Shown: positions 39,871 through 49,551, counted from the stretch's first letter. The stretch: 64,000 nucleotides of DNA from Desulfobacterales bacterium (GCA_963668645.2 CAXXWC010000013.1:192001-256000); one strand, 5' to 3'. Notes: generated by a model not told the origin, from the letters alone. Numbers and translations: made by a program.

Positions 39871-40788
39871 TCATCCTCTGTACAGCTTCGGGTTGAGCAC
39901 GTCGCGCAGCCAGTCTCCCAGCAGGTTGATCACCAGGACGAAAAGCACCAGCAATATCCCCGGAAAGAAGGTGATCCACCAGGAACCGCTGAAGATGTAT
40001 TCGAACCCGGAGCGGATCAACGAGCCGAGCGACGGCTTGGTGACCGGCATGCCCAGCCCGAGAAAGGAGAGGGCCGCCTCGCTCATGACCGCGTTGGCCA
40101 CCTGGATGGTGGAAATTACCAGTACCGAGGTCAGGGTGTTGGGCAGCACGTGGCGGAACATGATCACCGGACGGCTCAGCCCGATCACCCGGGCGGCTTC
40201 CACGTACTCCTTGTTTTTTTCACCCAACACCGAAGCGCGCACCGTCCGGGCATAGACCGGCCATTCGGCCAGGCCGATGATGACGATCAGCAGCGGTACG
40301 GCCAGCTCCTCGTAGCGTCCGATGCCGAAAGCGACCTGAAAGATGGCGCTGATGAAAATGGCCACCATCAGATAGGGAAAGCTCAATTGAATGTCGGCCA
40401 TGCGCATCAGCAGTGCATCGGTTCGCCCCCCGCTATAGCCGGCCGTCAGGCCGATGACGATGCCCAGCAGGGCTTGGAGCAGCACCGCCCCGATACCGAT
40501 GAAGATCGACAGCCGCAGCCCATAGAGCATGGTGCTGAACATGTCGCGGCCCTGGACGTCGGTGCCCAAAAGAAATTCGGCCTCCCCCTCTTCCATCCAC
40601 CGGGGCGGAATCTCCGAGTTCATGATGTCGATGCTTCCGGCATCCCAGGGGTTGTAGGGTGAGAGAACCGGTGCCAGCAGTCCGGCCGCGATCAAGCCGG
40701 CCAGAACGACAAAACTGATCAGGGCCACCCGGTCGCGTTTGAAGCTGTAGAAAAAATAGGACGCCTTGAACCGCTGCCAGGCCCTCAT
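39871..40788 (-). CDS. Peptide ABC transporter permease (DppC-like)
   Basis: LLGTDVQGRD, YVEAARVIG (EAA loop), EAALSFLGLG. Confidence 0.92.
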   Translation of the reverse strand: MRAWQRFKASYFFYSFKRDRVALISFVVLAGLIAAGLLAPVLSPYNPWDAGSIDIMNSEIPPRWMEEGEAEFLLGTDVQGRDMFSTMLYGLRLSIFIGIGAVLLQALLGIVIGLTAGYSGGRTDALLMRMADIQLSFPYLMVAIFISAIFQVAFGIGRYEELAVPLLIVIIGLAEWPVYARTVRASVLGEKNKEYVEAARVIGLSRPVIMFRHVLPNTLTSVLVISTIQVANAVMSEAALSFLGLGMPVTKPSLGSLIRSGFEYIFSGSWWITFFPGILLVLFVLVINLLGDWLRDVLNPKLYRG

Positions 40789-41762
40789 CACGTTCTCCCC
40801 GCGATCCGGACCATGGGATTGACCAGGCCGTATATGATGTCCACCACGGTGTTGACCACCACGAAAATCGCTCCCACCACCACCAGGTAGGCCACCAGCA
40901 GGGACGTGTCCGACCGCTCCACGGCCTCGAGAAACATAAATCCCATCCCCTGCCATTGAAAAACGGTCTCTGTCAGGATGGTAAAGGCGAACATGATCCC
41001 GATCTGCACTCCGAACACGGTGATCACGGGCAGCAGCGTGTTCTTGAAGGCGTGCAGGAGCCACACGCGCCGCGGGCTGAGCCCCTTGGCCCAGGCGAAT
41101 TTGATATACTCCGTTTCGAGCACCTCCATCATTTCGCTACGGATCAGGCGGATAAACAGCGGCAGCATGATCGAGGCCAGAGAAAAACTCGGCAGGATCA
41201 GGTGGATCAAGCCGTCGCGGGTGAGCAGGCCGCTGTCCCAGCCCCAGACCGGAACCGTCTCTCCCCGGCCGTAGGAAGGGAGCCATTGAAGCTCCACGGA
41301 AAAGACGTAGATCAGGACGATGGCCGTCAGGAATACCGGCACACTCACCCCGAGGGTGGAAAAACTCATGGTGAACCGGGATAAAAGGCTCCGGGGGCGC
41401 AGCGCCGTGTAGACGCCCACCGGCAGCGAGACGAAGACAAGAATCAGGGCCGAACAGAAGACCAGCTCCAGGGTGGCCGGGGCCTTGGAAAGAATCACTT
41501 CCATGGCCGGCTTCTTGTGGAAAAAGGAAAGCCCCAGATCCCCTCTGGCCGCGCGGTCCAGAAAACGCACGTACTGGGTCACGAACGGGTCGTTGAGCCC
41601 GAGCCGGTCCCGCAGGGCTTCGCGCTCGGCCGGCGTGACCCGCTCGCCGACCATGTCCCGCACCGGGTCGCCGATCTTGTTCTTGATGGTGAAGCCCACA
41701 AGACTGATCACCAGCATGACCAGCAGGGCCTGGGCGACACGCCGAACGATGAATGCGAACAT
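40788..41762 (-). CDS. Peptide ABC transporter permease (DppB-like)
   Basis: GDP...LGLNDP..QY, GDLGLS, PATLEL, AWAKGL. Confidence 0.92.
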   Translation of the reverse strand: MFAFIVRRVAQALLVMLVISLVGFTIKNKIGDPVRDMVGERVTPAEREALRDRLGLNDPFVTQYVRFLDRAARGDLGLSFFHKKPAMEVILSKAPATLELVFCSALILVFVSLPVGVYTALRPRSLLSRFTMSFSTLGVSVPVFLTAIVLIYVFSVELQWLPSYGRGETVPVWGWDSGLLTRDGLIHLILPSFSLASIMLPLFIRLIRSEMMEVLETEYIKFAWAKGLSPRRVWLLHAFKNTLLPVITVFGVQIGIMFAFTILTETVFQWQGMGFMFLEAVERSDTSLLVAYLVVVGAIFVVVNTVVDIIYGLVNPMVRIAGRT

Positions 41763-41781
41763 ACGCTCTTGTCATCCCGTG

Positions 41782-41815
41782 AAAAAAAGGGGGCGGGCAG
41801 GCCGGCGGCCTGCCC
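41782..41815 (-). terminator. Intrinsic terminator/attenuator after the binding-protein gene
   Basis: GGGCAGGCC-gcc-GGCCTGCCC stem followed by T7 on the minus strand. Confidence 0.65.
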
Positions 41816-41845
41816 TGGGTTAGCCCTTGCGGCAAATCCGGGCTG

Positions 41846-43399
41846 CTATTTGATGACCAGGTCTCCCAAATAGGGGAAGTTCTGGGTATTGATCACAGGC
41901 GCCACCTCGATCCCCTTTTTGGCCGCGTAGGAATGGTTCTGCCAATGAAACGGCACGAAGGCCGCATCGTCGAAGAGGATCTTCTCGATCTGCTGGAGCA
42001 TCTGGGCGCGTTTGCTCAGGTCGGTCTCGGTCTGGGCGGCCAGGGCAAGCTCGTCGACTTTGGGATTGCAGTAGTTGCCGCTATTGTACTGGCCGTAGCC
42101 GGTCTCCTTGTTGGGGCACATGGCCAGAAATTCGGTGAAGTTGCCCGAATCCTCGGTGTCCGAATGCCACCCGATCAACTGAATGTCGGCCACCTGGGCA
42201 TCGAACTCATCCCAGTATTGGGCCTTGGGCATGGTCTTGAGGTTGACCTTGATATTGATTTTGGCCAGCATCGAGACGACCGCTTCAGCGATCTTTTCGT
42301 CATTGACGTATCGGTTGTTGGGGGCAATCATGGTGCATTCGAACCCGTCGGCATAGCCTGCCTCCTGCATCAAGGCCTTGGCCTTTTTCAAATCGTAGCG
42401 CGGCTTGAGGTCCGGGTTGTACCCGGCATACCCCTTGGGGCTCTGCTGGGCGGCCGCCGTGGCGGTCCCCTTCATGATTTTTTCCACGATCCCTTCGTTG
42501 TTGATCGCGTAGACGATGGCCTGGCGAACCTTGACGCTCTTGAATTCATCGCGCCGCTTCTGGTTTAGCTGGATGGTGATGATGCGGCCGCCAGGATAGG
42601 TGAACAGGTTGACGTTGGGGTCTTTTTCGATCCGCTTGAAGTCCTGGGGCGGTACCGGGGAGATGAAATCCACGTCGCCCGACAAAAGGGCCGCCATGCG
42701 GGTGGCCTCCTCCTTGATGGGGGTCAGCACGATTTCGTCGACGTTACCCGGGGAGTTTTTGTCCCAGTAGTCCGCAAACCGTGTGAAGACCGTTTTTACC
42801 CCGTGTTCGCGGTAGGTGACCTTGTACGGGCCGGTGCCCGATTCGTTCTGCAGCGCAAAAGAAGGGCCGATTTTGACGATGGAATCCTTGTACAGACCGG
42901 CATCGTCCACCCCCCAATAGAATTTGCGATCCATGGGGAAGATGTAGGTCGCCATGTTCAAAAGCAGGGCGTAGGGTTTCTTGGTGACCAGATCGACGGT
43001 GTATTTGTCGATTATTCGGGCCCGGTCAAAAGGTTCGAAGAGCCCCTTGAAATCGATGCTGGTTTTGAGCCGGGCCAAGGTCCAGGCCACGTCCTCGGCG
43101 GTCAGTTCGTTGCCGCTGTGGAATTTGACGCCCTTGCGCAGATAAAAGCGAACGGCCGTATCGCTGACCCGTTCCCATCGTTCGGCCAGACGCGGCTCGA
43201 ATTCGCCGGCCTGGGTCCAGCGGACCAGCGGGTCGAAGACCCAATGTGACAGCTGAAGCATGCCCCCGGAAAGTTGCATGTGTGGATCGAGGGTAACCGG
43301 GTCGGCATCCAGGGCCAGCTTCATGGTTTTTGCGCTGGCAGTCACGCCGAAGGAAAACGCCATGGCAAGGGTCAACACGATAATAAGACATTTTTTCAT
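41846..43399 (-). CDS. Peptide ABC transporter substrate-binding protein (family 5)
   Basis: Signal peptide, TLDPH, LRKGVKFHSGNELTAEDV, GTGPY. Confidence 0.93.
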   Translation of the reverse strand: MKKCLIIVLTLAMAFSFGVTASAKTMKLALDADPVTLDPHMQLSGGMLQLSHWVFDPLVRWTQAGEFEPRLAERWERVSDTAVRFYLRKGVKFHSGNELTAEDVAWTLARLKTSIDFKGLFEPFDRARIIDKYTVDLVTKKPYALLLNMATYIFPMDRKFYWGVDDAGLYKDSIVKIGPSFALQNESGTGPYKVTYREHGVKTVFTRFADYWDKNSPGNVDEIVLTPIKEEATRMAALLSGDVDFISPVPPQDFKRIEKDPNVNLFTYPGGRIITIQLNQKRRDEFKSVKVRQAIVYAINNEGIVEKIMKGTATAAAQQSPKGYAGYNPDLKPRYDLKKAKALMQEAGYADGFECTMIAPNNRYVNDEKIAEAVVSMLAKINIKVNLKTMPKAQYWDEFDAQVADIQLIGWHSDTEDSGNFTEFLAMCPNKETGYGQYNSGNYCNPKVDELALAAQTETDLSKRAQMLQQIEKILFDDAAFVPFHWQNHSYAAKKGIEVAPVINTQNFPYLGDLVIK

Positions 43400-43592
43400 T
43401 TTCCCCCCTCTCTGTTTTGGTTCCGGAACGGTACTTATCACCTTATATTGGTGAACGGCCTTTCAGGCCGGTAAGTTCTCAAGGGATTGCGGATCGCTTG
43501 AAAAGAAGATCGATTTCCATCCGCATTTCAAAAAAGAAGTCTTGCCGGACCAAGAATTCGGACGTCCGGCAAATCGATACGCAGGCGTTTCG

Positions 43593-44657
43593 TTATAATC
43601 TGGAAAACCGGACCAAAAAACGGTCGATACGTCGATATAGGGTTGCGAGGCTTTCGATGAGCAGATGTTCGCCCTCGCTGTGCTGGCTCATTTCTCCGTT
43701 CGCCCCCCAGACCACGCCGGTCCAACCGTGGGCCGCCAGGTAGCGGGCGTCGCTGGCCCCGTGTTCGCGCACCAGGCGGGCCTCGGGGACCGTGCGGCGC
43801 AGCAGGTCGAGTTCGGCCGAAGGGCCGGCATCGAAAACCGGTCCCCGGCTGACCACCTCTATCTCGGCGTCGATGGCGCGGGTCCAGCCTTCCAGCAGGT
43901 CATCGATATCGTCCACCTCGGTAAAACGGATGTCCAGGAGCCCTTCGGCCCGGTCCGGCACCTGGTTGGGGCTGCGGCCGGCCTGAACCTGGCTGAAGTT
44001 GACCGTCCGGTGCCAGTGGTCCGTCGCGGTCTGCTGGAAATCGGTACGGATGCGCTGGTAAGCGGTCATCAATTTCTCGATGGCGTTGTCCCCCAGCCAC
44101 GGGCGGGCCCCGTGGGCGCTGCGGCCCTTGCAGACGAGCCGGAGGCGGATCAGGCCCTTTTCCTGGACGACGATCTCGTCGCAGTTGCCCCCGTCCAAGG
44201 CGATGCAGAAGCGGCCACGGACCCGGCTCAGAGCGAAATCGGCACCGTTGCGGCCGCCGACTTCTTCATCGCCGGTAATCAAAATCCCGAAAGGAAGCTG
44301 CCGCTGGCCACCGTTGCGGCCGGCCCAGTCGCGCAGCAAAACCATGGAGAGGGCCGCGGCATACTTGTCGTCGATGCTGCCCCGTCCATAGAGCCGGCCG
44401 TTTTGCACCTTGGGCTGGAAAAGCGCATCCAGTGCGGCAACCACATCGATATGGCTCATCAGCAGAACCGGGGCTTCGGCGGGCCGGGGCGTGACGAGCA
44501 GGGAGGGGACCCCCTCTTTTTCCAGGGTGCAGCATACTATTCCGGCGGATTTGAGCCATTCGCTGATGAAGGTGGCGCAGCGCCGGATCTCTTCGGGCCG
44601 GTCATGGGTGGTGCGAAAAGTGATCAGTTTACGAGTCAGGGCGACAATCTCGTCCAT
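43593..44657 (-). CDS. M20-family metallopeptidase (ArgE/DapE-like)
   Basis: SHIDVV, GRGSIDDK, DEEVGG, HGARPW, HS..E. Confidence 0.88.
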   Translation of the reverse strand: MDEIVALTRKLITFRTTHDRPEEIRRCATFISEWLKSAGIVCCTLEKEGVPSLLVTPRPAEAPVLLMSHIDVVAALDALFQPKVQNGRLYGRGSIDDKYAAALSMVLLRDWAGRNGGQRQLPFGILITGDEEVGGRNGADFALSRVRGRFCIALDGGNCDEIVVQEKGLIRLRLVCKGRSAHGARPWLGDNAIEKLMTAYQRIRTDFQQTATDHWHRTVNFSQVQAGRSPNQVPDRAEGLLDIRFTEVDDIDDLLEGWTRAIDAEIEVVSRGPVFDAGPSAELDLLRRTVPEARLVREHGASDARYLAAHGWTGVVWGANGEMSQHSEGEHLLIESLATLYRRIDRFLVRFSRL

Positions 44658-44743
44658 GGCAGGACTCCTGCGACACAGGGTCAACAGACTACAAGATTCG
44701 GCCTGACGGGCGTTTTACGGACGAGCCGACCGGTTAAAGCGTT

Positions 44744-45439
44744 TCAAGCCGGAGCCGTGCGGTGGCCGAAGGCCGCCACGAGGGTCGCTGCCCCCGTTTC
44801 GATGGCGATCTGCTCCGTATTCAGTACGATATCGTAGTGGTGGGGATCGCCGATATCCTGGCCGTAGGCCTGGCGTACAAAATCCCGGCGCCGGGTCTGG
44901 CGATGGCGGACCCGCTTTTCAGCCTCTTCCAGAGTGCAGCCATGCTCGCGGGCCACGTTGCGGATGCGCTTTTCGAAAGGAGCGATGATGCGCACGGCAA
45001 AGCGTTCGGTTTCCGGCAGGATGAAGTTGGCGCCCCGCCCGACGATGACGGCCCGCCCATGGCGTGCGATGGTGCCGATTACCTTGATCAAATGATGCTG
45101 GTAGGATTCAGGATGAAAGTATTTTTTGCGGATCAGAGACGATAGAAAATCCTCCAGGCCGCGCATGCGTTCTTTTTCCAGGGTGTCGATCACTTTCATG
45201 GCCATGCGGCTGCGCTGGGCAATGCCTTTGATGATTTCCCGATGAAACATGTCGTAGCCGAGTGTGTGGGCCACCTGCTCGGCGATGAGCCGGCCGCCGC
45301 TGCCCGGTTCCATGCTTAACGTGATCACCGTACAAGCGGATCGGTCCTCGACCGGGGTCGGTGGTGCGGCCGCCCGCTGGGCCCATTTTTGCAGTTGTTC
45401 CCGGACAAACTGTTCGATCTGGATCTGCTCTTCGGTCAT
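44744..45439 (-). CDS. Cytidylate-kinase-like family protein
   Basis: VITLSMEPGSGG P-loop variant, VIVGRGANFIL, YDIVLNT. Confidence 0.85.
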   Translation of the reverse strand: MTEEQIQIEQFVREQLQKWAQRAAAPPTPVEDRSACTVITLSMEPGSGGRLIAEQVAHTLGYDMFHREIIKGIAQRSRMAMKVIDTLEKERMRGLEDFLSSLIRKKYFHPESYQHHLIKVIGTIARHGRAVIVGRGANFILPETERFAVRIIAPFEKRIRNVAREHGCTLEEAEKRVRHRQTRRRDFVRQAYGQDIGDPHHYDIVLNTEQIAIETGAATLVAAFGHRTAPA

Positions 45440-45653
45440 CGGAATCTACCTTTCTGCCCGTTCATGAGTCGATCGGGACTCGCCCGGGGCGGCGGCGTCC
45501 ATCATCCGTGTTGTTTTCCAGCGTGTGGTTCGGAGGCGGGCGTCCGGCGCCCGAGGATTGCTGATAAGCACCTGCATCGCTCGATAAACGAAAACGCCCG
45601 GTTTTGCAACCGGGCGAACCGAGGTAAGAGACACACCAGCGCTGCTGCCCGCA

Positions 45654-46250
45654 TCAAGTCATCCCCTCCAGGCCTTTGAAAAAAACATCCAAACGGTGCT
45701 GGTTGTCGGTCTCCTTGACTTCCCGCGGCAGCCGGTTCAGGGCCTGATCCACGGCCATGTCCACCATCTGGCCGCGCAGCCGATCCTTGGCATTGCGCAT
45801 GGCGAATGAGATCCGGCGCAGGGCTTCGGCGATAAGCATCTCGCTTTCGCGATTCGCGTCTGCGATGATCGCCTCGCGCTGGGCCTCGCCCATGGCGATG
45901 AGCTTTTCGGTCAATTCGATAAAGCGGGCTTCGTTTTCAACCTGGGTCCGGCGTACCGCTTCCAGGCGTTCCAAGGCAGCGGTTTTCTCGGCCTCCAGAC
46001 GTTGAATTTCGCCTTCATGACGCGCCGCCCGGCTGCGCAACAGATTGGCCACAGGGCGGCGTCCGAAGTAGACCAGTGCACCGGCCAGGATCACGAAGTT
46101 GACCCAACGCATCACCAGGTCGTAGGTTTCGCGCCATGCGGCGGCTTCTGTGTCCGCGGCCCAGGCAGGCGCGACGACGAGCATCAGCAGGGCCAGGCAG
46201 CTTACCGCAGCTACCGTAAATGGCCGGCAGTGCCTCGGTTTGGGATTCAT
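45654..46250 (-). CDS. atpF: Fo ATP synthase subunit b
   Basis: RWVNFVILAGALVYFGRRPV transmembrane segment followed by a long charged coiled coil. Confidence 0.85.
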   Translation of the reverse strand: MNPKPRHCRPFTVAAVSCLALLMLVVAPAWAADTEAAAWRETYDLVMRWVNFVILAGALVYFGRRPVANLLRSRAARHEGEIQRLEAEKTAALERLEAVRRTQVENEARFIELTEKLIAMGEAQREAIIADANRESEMLIAEALRRISFAMRNAKDRLRGQMVDMAVDQALNRLPREVKETDNQHRLDVFFKGLEGMT

Positions 46251-46702
46251 GCGCCGACTCTCCGCTCTAGAATTTTTTCCATCAATGCCAAGGCGAGCTT
46301 TTCAGCCTCGGCGGGCAGGTGGCCATGCGCTTCGGCCAGTTGCCGGGCGACGTCTGCTTCGGCTTCGCGGTGCAGCCTCGCGATTCGCTGCCGGGCCTGA
46401 TCCAAAATCTTTTGGGCTTCGTCGGTCCCCTGGGCCCGGCGCCGGCGGCGCAAGGCATCGGCTTCCATCCGTACGCCCTTTTCCTGGGCTTCGAGTTCGG
46501 CCAGGATTCGTTCCACGGCGCTATGGGTGTCTTGGATCTCGCGGCCGAGATTTTCGATGAAAAAGTCCCGTTCGCGCATGGTATTATGCAACGGCCGAAA
46601 CATCACCCGGTTGATGATCAGCAAAAACATCAGAAAAGAAACCAGCTGAACCAGCAGGGTCTCGTTGATGCTGATCAGCGCGATGGTGCTGACAATTTCC
46701 AT
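46247..46702 (-). CDS. Fo ATP synthase subunit b'
   Basis: INETLLVQLVSFLMFLLIINRVMFRPL..MRER followed by coiled coil; ends MEKILERRV. Confidence 0.85.
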   Translation of the reverse strand: MEIVSTIALISINETLLVQLVSFLMFLLIINRVMFRPLHNTMRERDFFIENLGREIQDTHSAVERILAELEAQEKGVRMEADALRRRRRAQGTDEAQKILDQARQRIARLHREAEADVARQLAEAHGHLPAEAEKLALALMEKILERRVGA

Positions 46703-46769
46703 GGTCCCAATCCTTCGATCCGAAAAACGCCCACGGGTGCCTCTGCCCGCCCTTTGCCGGTGCGCCCGG

Positions 46770-47018
46770 CTAGACGACGAACAGCAGCAGCAGGGCGATT
46801 ACCAGCGAATAGATCCCGGTCGATTCCGAGACCGCCTGGCCCACGAGCATGGTGCGGGTCAGCAGCCCGGCCTCGTTGGGATTGGCACCGATGGCCTCGC
46901 AGGCCTTGGCGGCGACCATCCCTTCACCGACCCCCGGCCCGATAGCGCCCAGCCCCATGGAAATTCCCGCGCCCAAATATGCGGCGGCCTTCACTAGATC
47001 TGCTCCTTCGATGGCCAT
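46770..47018 (-). CDS. atpE: Fo subunit c, Na+-binding type
   Basis: GxGxGxGxG helix; E32, V63, E65, S66, T67, Y70. Confidence 0.95.
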   Translation of the reverse strand: MAIEGADLVKAAAYLGAGISMGLGAIGPGVGEGMVAAKACEAIGANPNEAGLLTRTMLVGQAVSESTGIYSLVIALLLLFVV

Positions 47019-47051
47019 CTGTTCCTCCTTGGCGAATGAAAGGATTTGGTT

Positions 47052-48026
47052 TTAAACCACGAAAATCAAAACGAGACTGACCACCATGGCGTAAATGGCG
47101 GTCGACTGGCTGACGGCCTGGCCCACCAGCATGACCCGCATCAGGTCGGCGGCCATGGCCATGTTGCGCGCCACCCAGCGCACGGCGCCCGAGGCGGCCT
47201 GACCATTGCCGATCCCCGGTCCGATGCCTCCCAGCCCGGTGCACAAGCCGGCAGCCAGCAGAGCGGATGCGGCGGTGAGGGCTTCGGACGGGGCCAGGGT
47301 TCGAAACATCAGGATGAAACTGACCAGGAGCCCGAAGATTGACGGGGTCTGGCTGACGGCCTGGCCCACGAGCATGGTCGTGGTCAAGGGGGCCACGGTC
47401 ATCGGTTGGCGTGCCAGACCTTCGCAACTGGCCCCGGCGGCCAGCCCGCCGCCATAGCCCGACCCGATGGCGGCCAGACCGGTGCTCAGCCCGGCTCCGA
47501 TCAGGGCCGCCCAGCCCGGTTGAAAGGGCATGGTGCTGAAATCGAGAAAGATCAACATCAGGGCCACCACCATGGCGAAAATCGCCGGGGTCTGGCTGAC
47601 GGCCGAACCGATGAGCATGTTGGTGGTCAGCCGGCTGGTCACCGCCGGCTGGCGGGCGATGCCGAAACAGGCCTGGCCCCCTGGAAACCCGGATCCGATC
47701 CCCGATCCCAGTGCCCCCAGTCCCATGCAGATGCCGGCTCCCAGAAGGGCGGCGGCCTTGATGAGGACCGCCCCTTTGAGATCGAGGAAAAGAAGCAGGA
47801 TGGCGATCACCAGGGCGAAGATCGAAGCTGACTCGGCCACGGCTTGGCCCACGAGCATGTTTTTGAAGATGTCGGACGAGATTTCGCTGTTGCGCGATGT
47901 CGCCAGGTTGGCCCAGGCCGCGGTATAGCCTTCACCGATGGCCGCTCCGACCGCCCCGAATCCCATGCACAAGCCGCCACTGGCAAAAGCGGCCACCGCC
48001 ACGATGTCCTGAGTGGAAAATTCCAT
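47052..48026 (-). CDS. Four-hairpin (tandem c x4) Fo proteolipid
   Basis: Four ~81-aa c-subunit repeats; ion-site residue E65, Q145, Q226, Q307. Confidence 0.92.
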   Translation of the reverse strand: MEFSTQDIVAVAAFASGGLCMGFGAVGAAIGEGYTAAWANLATSRNSEISSDIFKNMLVGQAVAESASIFALVIAILLLFLDLKGAVLIKAAALLGAGICMGLGALGSGIGSGFPGGQACFGIARQPAVTSRLTTNMLIGSAVSQTPAIFAMVVALMLIFLDFSTMPFQPGWAALIGAGLSTGLAAIGSGYGGGLAAGASCEGLARQPMTVAPLTTTMLVGQAVSQTPSIFGLLVSFILMFRTLAPSEALTAASALLAAGLCTGLGGIGPGIGNGQAASGAVRWVARNMAMAADLMRVMLVGQAVSQSTAIYAMVVSLVLIFVV

Positions 48027-48029
48027 GGC

Positions 48030-48704
48030 TTATTTGACCTGGACCGCGATGTAGACCACGGTGAGCATGGTGAACACAAAGGCCTGGATCGTGCCGACAA
48101 AAAGACCGAAAAAGGCGTTGAGAAAAGGCGGCAGCAAAATATTCCAGGTCAGGTAGGAAACCACCAGGATAATGATCGAGCCGCCCATGATGTTGCCGAA
48201 AAGGCGGAATGAGATCGAGACGATCTTGGCGATCTCACCGATGACGTTGAGCGGCATCATGAAAAAGATCGGCTGGAAATATTCCCGGATGTACGCCGTG
48301 AACCCCTTGGACCGGATACCGGCCCAATGGGCGATTACAAATCCCATCAGACCCAAGGCCAGCGGGGTGTTCAGATCCTTGGTCGGCTCTTCCAGGTGGG
48401 GAATGATCCCCAGCCAGTTGGAAAAGAGCAAAAACAGAAACAGGGCCGCCACCAGAGGAGCGTAGCGCCGCGCCAGGTCTTTTCCCAAGGCATCTTCGGT
48501 CAACTGGTAAAGCTGGCCGACGATCAGCTCGCCGAGAACCTGCATCGGCCGGGGAAGGAGGGACCGGTGACGGCTGGTGGCCACACCGAAGGCGACCAGC
48601 ACCAGAATTACAATCCAGGTCATGGCCACCACTTCCAGATTGATGGCCGCCCGGTAGTCACCCAGCGGAAGGATCAGTTGGTGAATTCGGCCCAAGTCCT
48701 GCAT
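48030..48704 (-). CDS. atpB: Fo subunit a
   Basis: PTKDLN, PLNVIGE, SISFRLFGN (essential Arg), IQAFVFTML. Confidence 0.95.
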   Translation of the reverse strand: MQDLGRIHQLILPLGDYRAAINLEVVAMTWIVILVLVAFGVATSRHRSLLPRPMQVLGELIVGQLYQLTEDALGKDLARRYAPLVAALFLFLLFSNWLGIIPHLEEPTKDLNTPLALGLMGFVIAHWAGIRSKGFTAYIREYFQPIFFMMPLNVIGEIAKIVSISFRLFGNIMGGSIIILVVSYLTWNILLPPFLNAFFGLFVGTIQAFVFTMLTVVYIAVQVK

Positions 48705-48706
48705 CG

Positions 48707-49087
48707 TCAGTTTTCCTCGATCCGGTTGGGGCGTGTGCGCCAGTGTCGTGTACCGTGATCTGCAAGGATTACCGCTTGCACCATCAAGAGCCCGGGCACC
48801 ACTCCCAGAATGTCGAATTCGGGGCGCTGGACGGCCGTTACCAGAGGAACGGCCATCAGGGTGAAGCGTGCCAGGACGGCGATCAGGCGCCTGTGGGCGG
48901 CGCCCATCTGCCAGGGAAGCATCTCGCCGATGAGAACGAAATTAACCGCACTAAAGAGCGTACCGAGAATGAACCCTTTTCCCAGGGGCGGGAAGCCGGC
49001 CACGATCAGGACGGCGCCCACGGCCAGGGCCACGTAAAGGGCTCGCGAGGCGTAACGCTTCTGGATGTCGCGCAAGGTCTCTGCCAT
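48707..49087 (-). CDS. atpI: ATP synthase protein I
   Basis: Small 4-TM protein directly upstream of subunit a; G...S.VNF motif. Confidence 0.75.
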   Translation of the reverse strand: MAETLRDIQKRYASRALYVALAVGAVLIVAGFPPLGKGFILGTLFSAVNFVLIGEMLPWQMGAAHRRLIAVLARFTLMAVPLVTAVQRPEFDILGVVPGLLMVQAVILADHGTRHWRTRPNRIEEN

Positions 49088-49123
49088 CCTGCCTCTGGCG
49101 TACGCGTTGACGAGTTTTGGGGT

Positions 49124-49408
49124 TCAGGTTTGCGGCGGTCCGTCCCGGTGATCTGGATCTTTGGGGGTCAACAGATCCATGATTTGGCGATAGACCACAT
49201 TGGCTCCGCCGACAACACCCAGGATGGTCATCCCGGTCACTGCGATGCCGCCCAAGCCGAGCCGGTCATCGATCCACCGGCCGACGAAGAAGCAAAACCC
49301 GATGCATCCGGCCATGGTCAAGCCGATCTGCATCACGATGGTCAGATTTTCGGCCCAGGGCCGATTCTTGCGGTAGTCGAAAAACGGATCTTTGCCGGGT
49401 CCCGCCAT
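49124..49408 (-). CDS. AtpZ/AtpI (gene 1) family protein
   Basis: IGLTMAGCIGFCFFVGRWIDDRLG signature; first gene of the operon. Confidence 0.8.
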   Translation of the reverse strand: MAGPGKDPFFDYRKNRPWAENLTIVMQIGLTMAGCIGFCFFVGRWIDDRLGLGGIAVTGMTILGVVGGANVVYRQIMDLLTPKDPDHRDGPPQT

Positions 49409-49522
49409 GGATCAGGATCCATTCTCCCAGGCGGGGGCTGACCGCCTTGAATCTTTCTTTCCGGCCGGTGCAACCGGGGGGAGGTTGTCCGGGTGGTTCA
49501 TGTTGCGGTCACGGAAAGTGGA

Positions 49523-49551
49523 CTCTTAACCAAAAAAGGACTGGCTGTCAA
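49523..49551 (-). promoter_or_regulatory. sigma70-like promoter of the Fo operon
   Basis: TTGACA-N17-TAAGAG on the minus strand. Confidence 0.45.

Noticed and set aside
45654..49408. N-ATPase or V/A-type ATPase operon
   Set aside because: No F1/V1 genes, no atpR and no b-delta fusion; subunits a, b and b' are F-type
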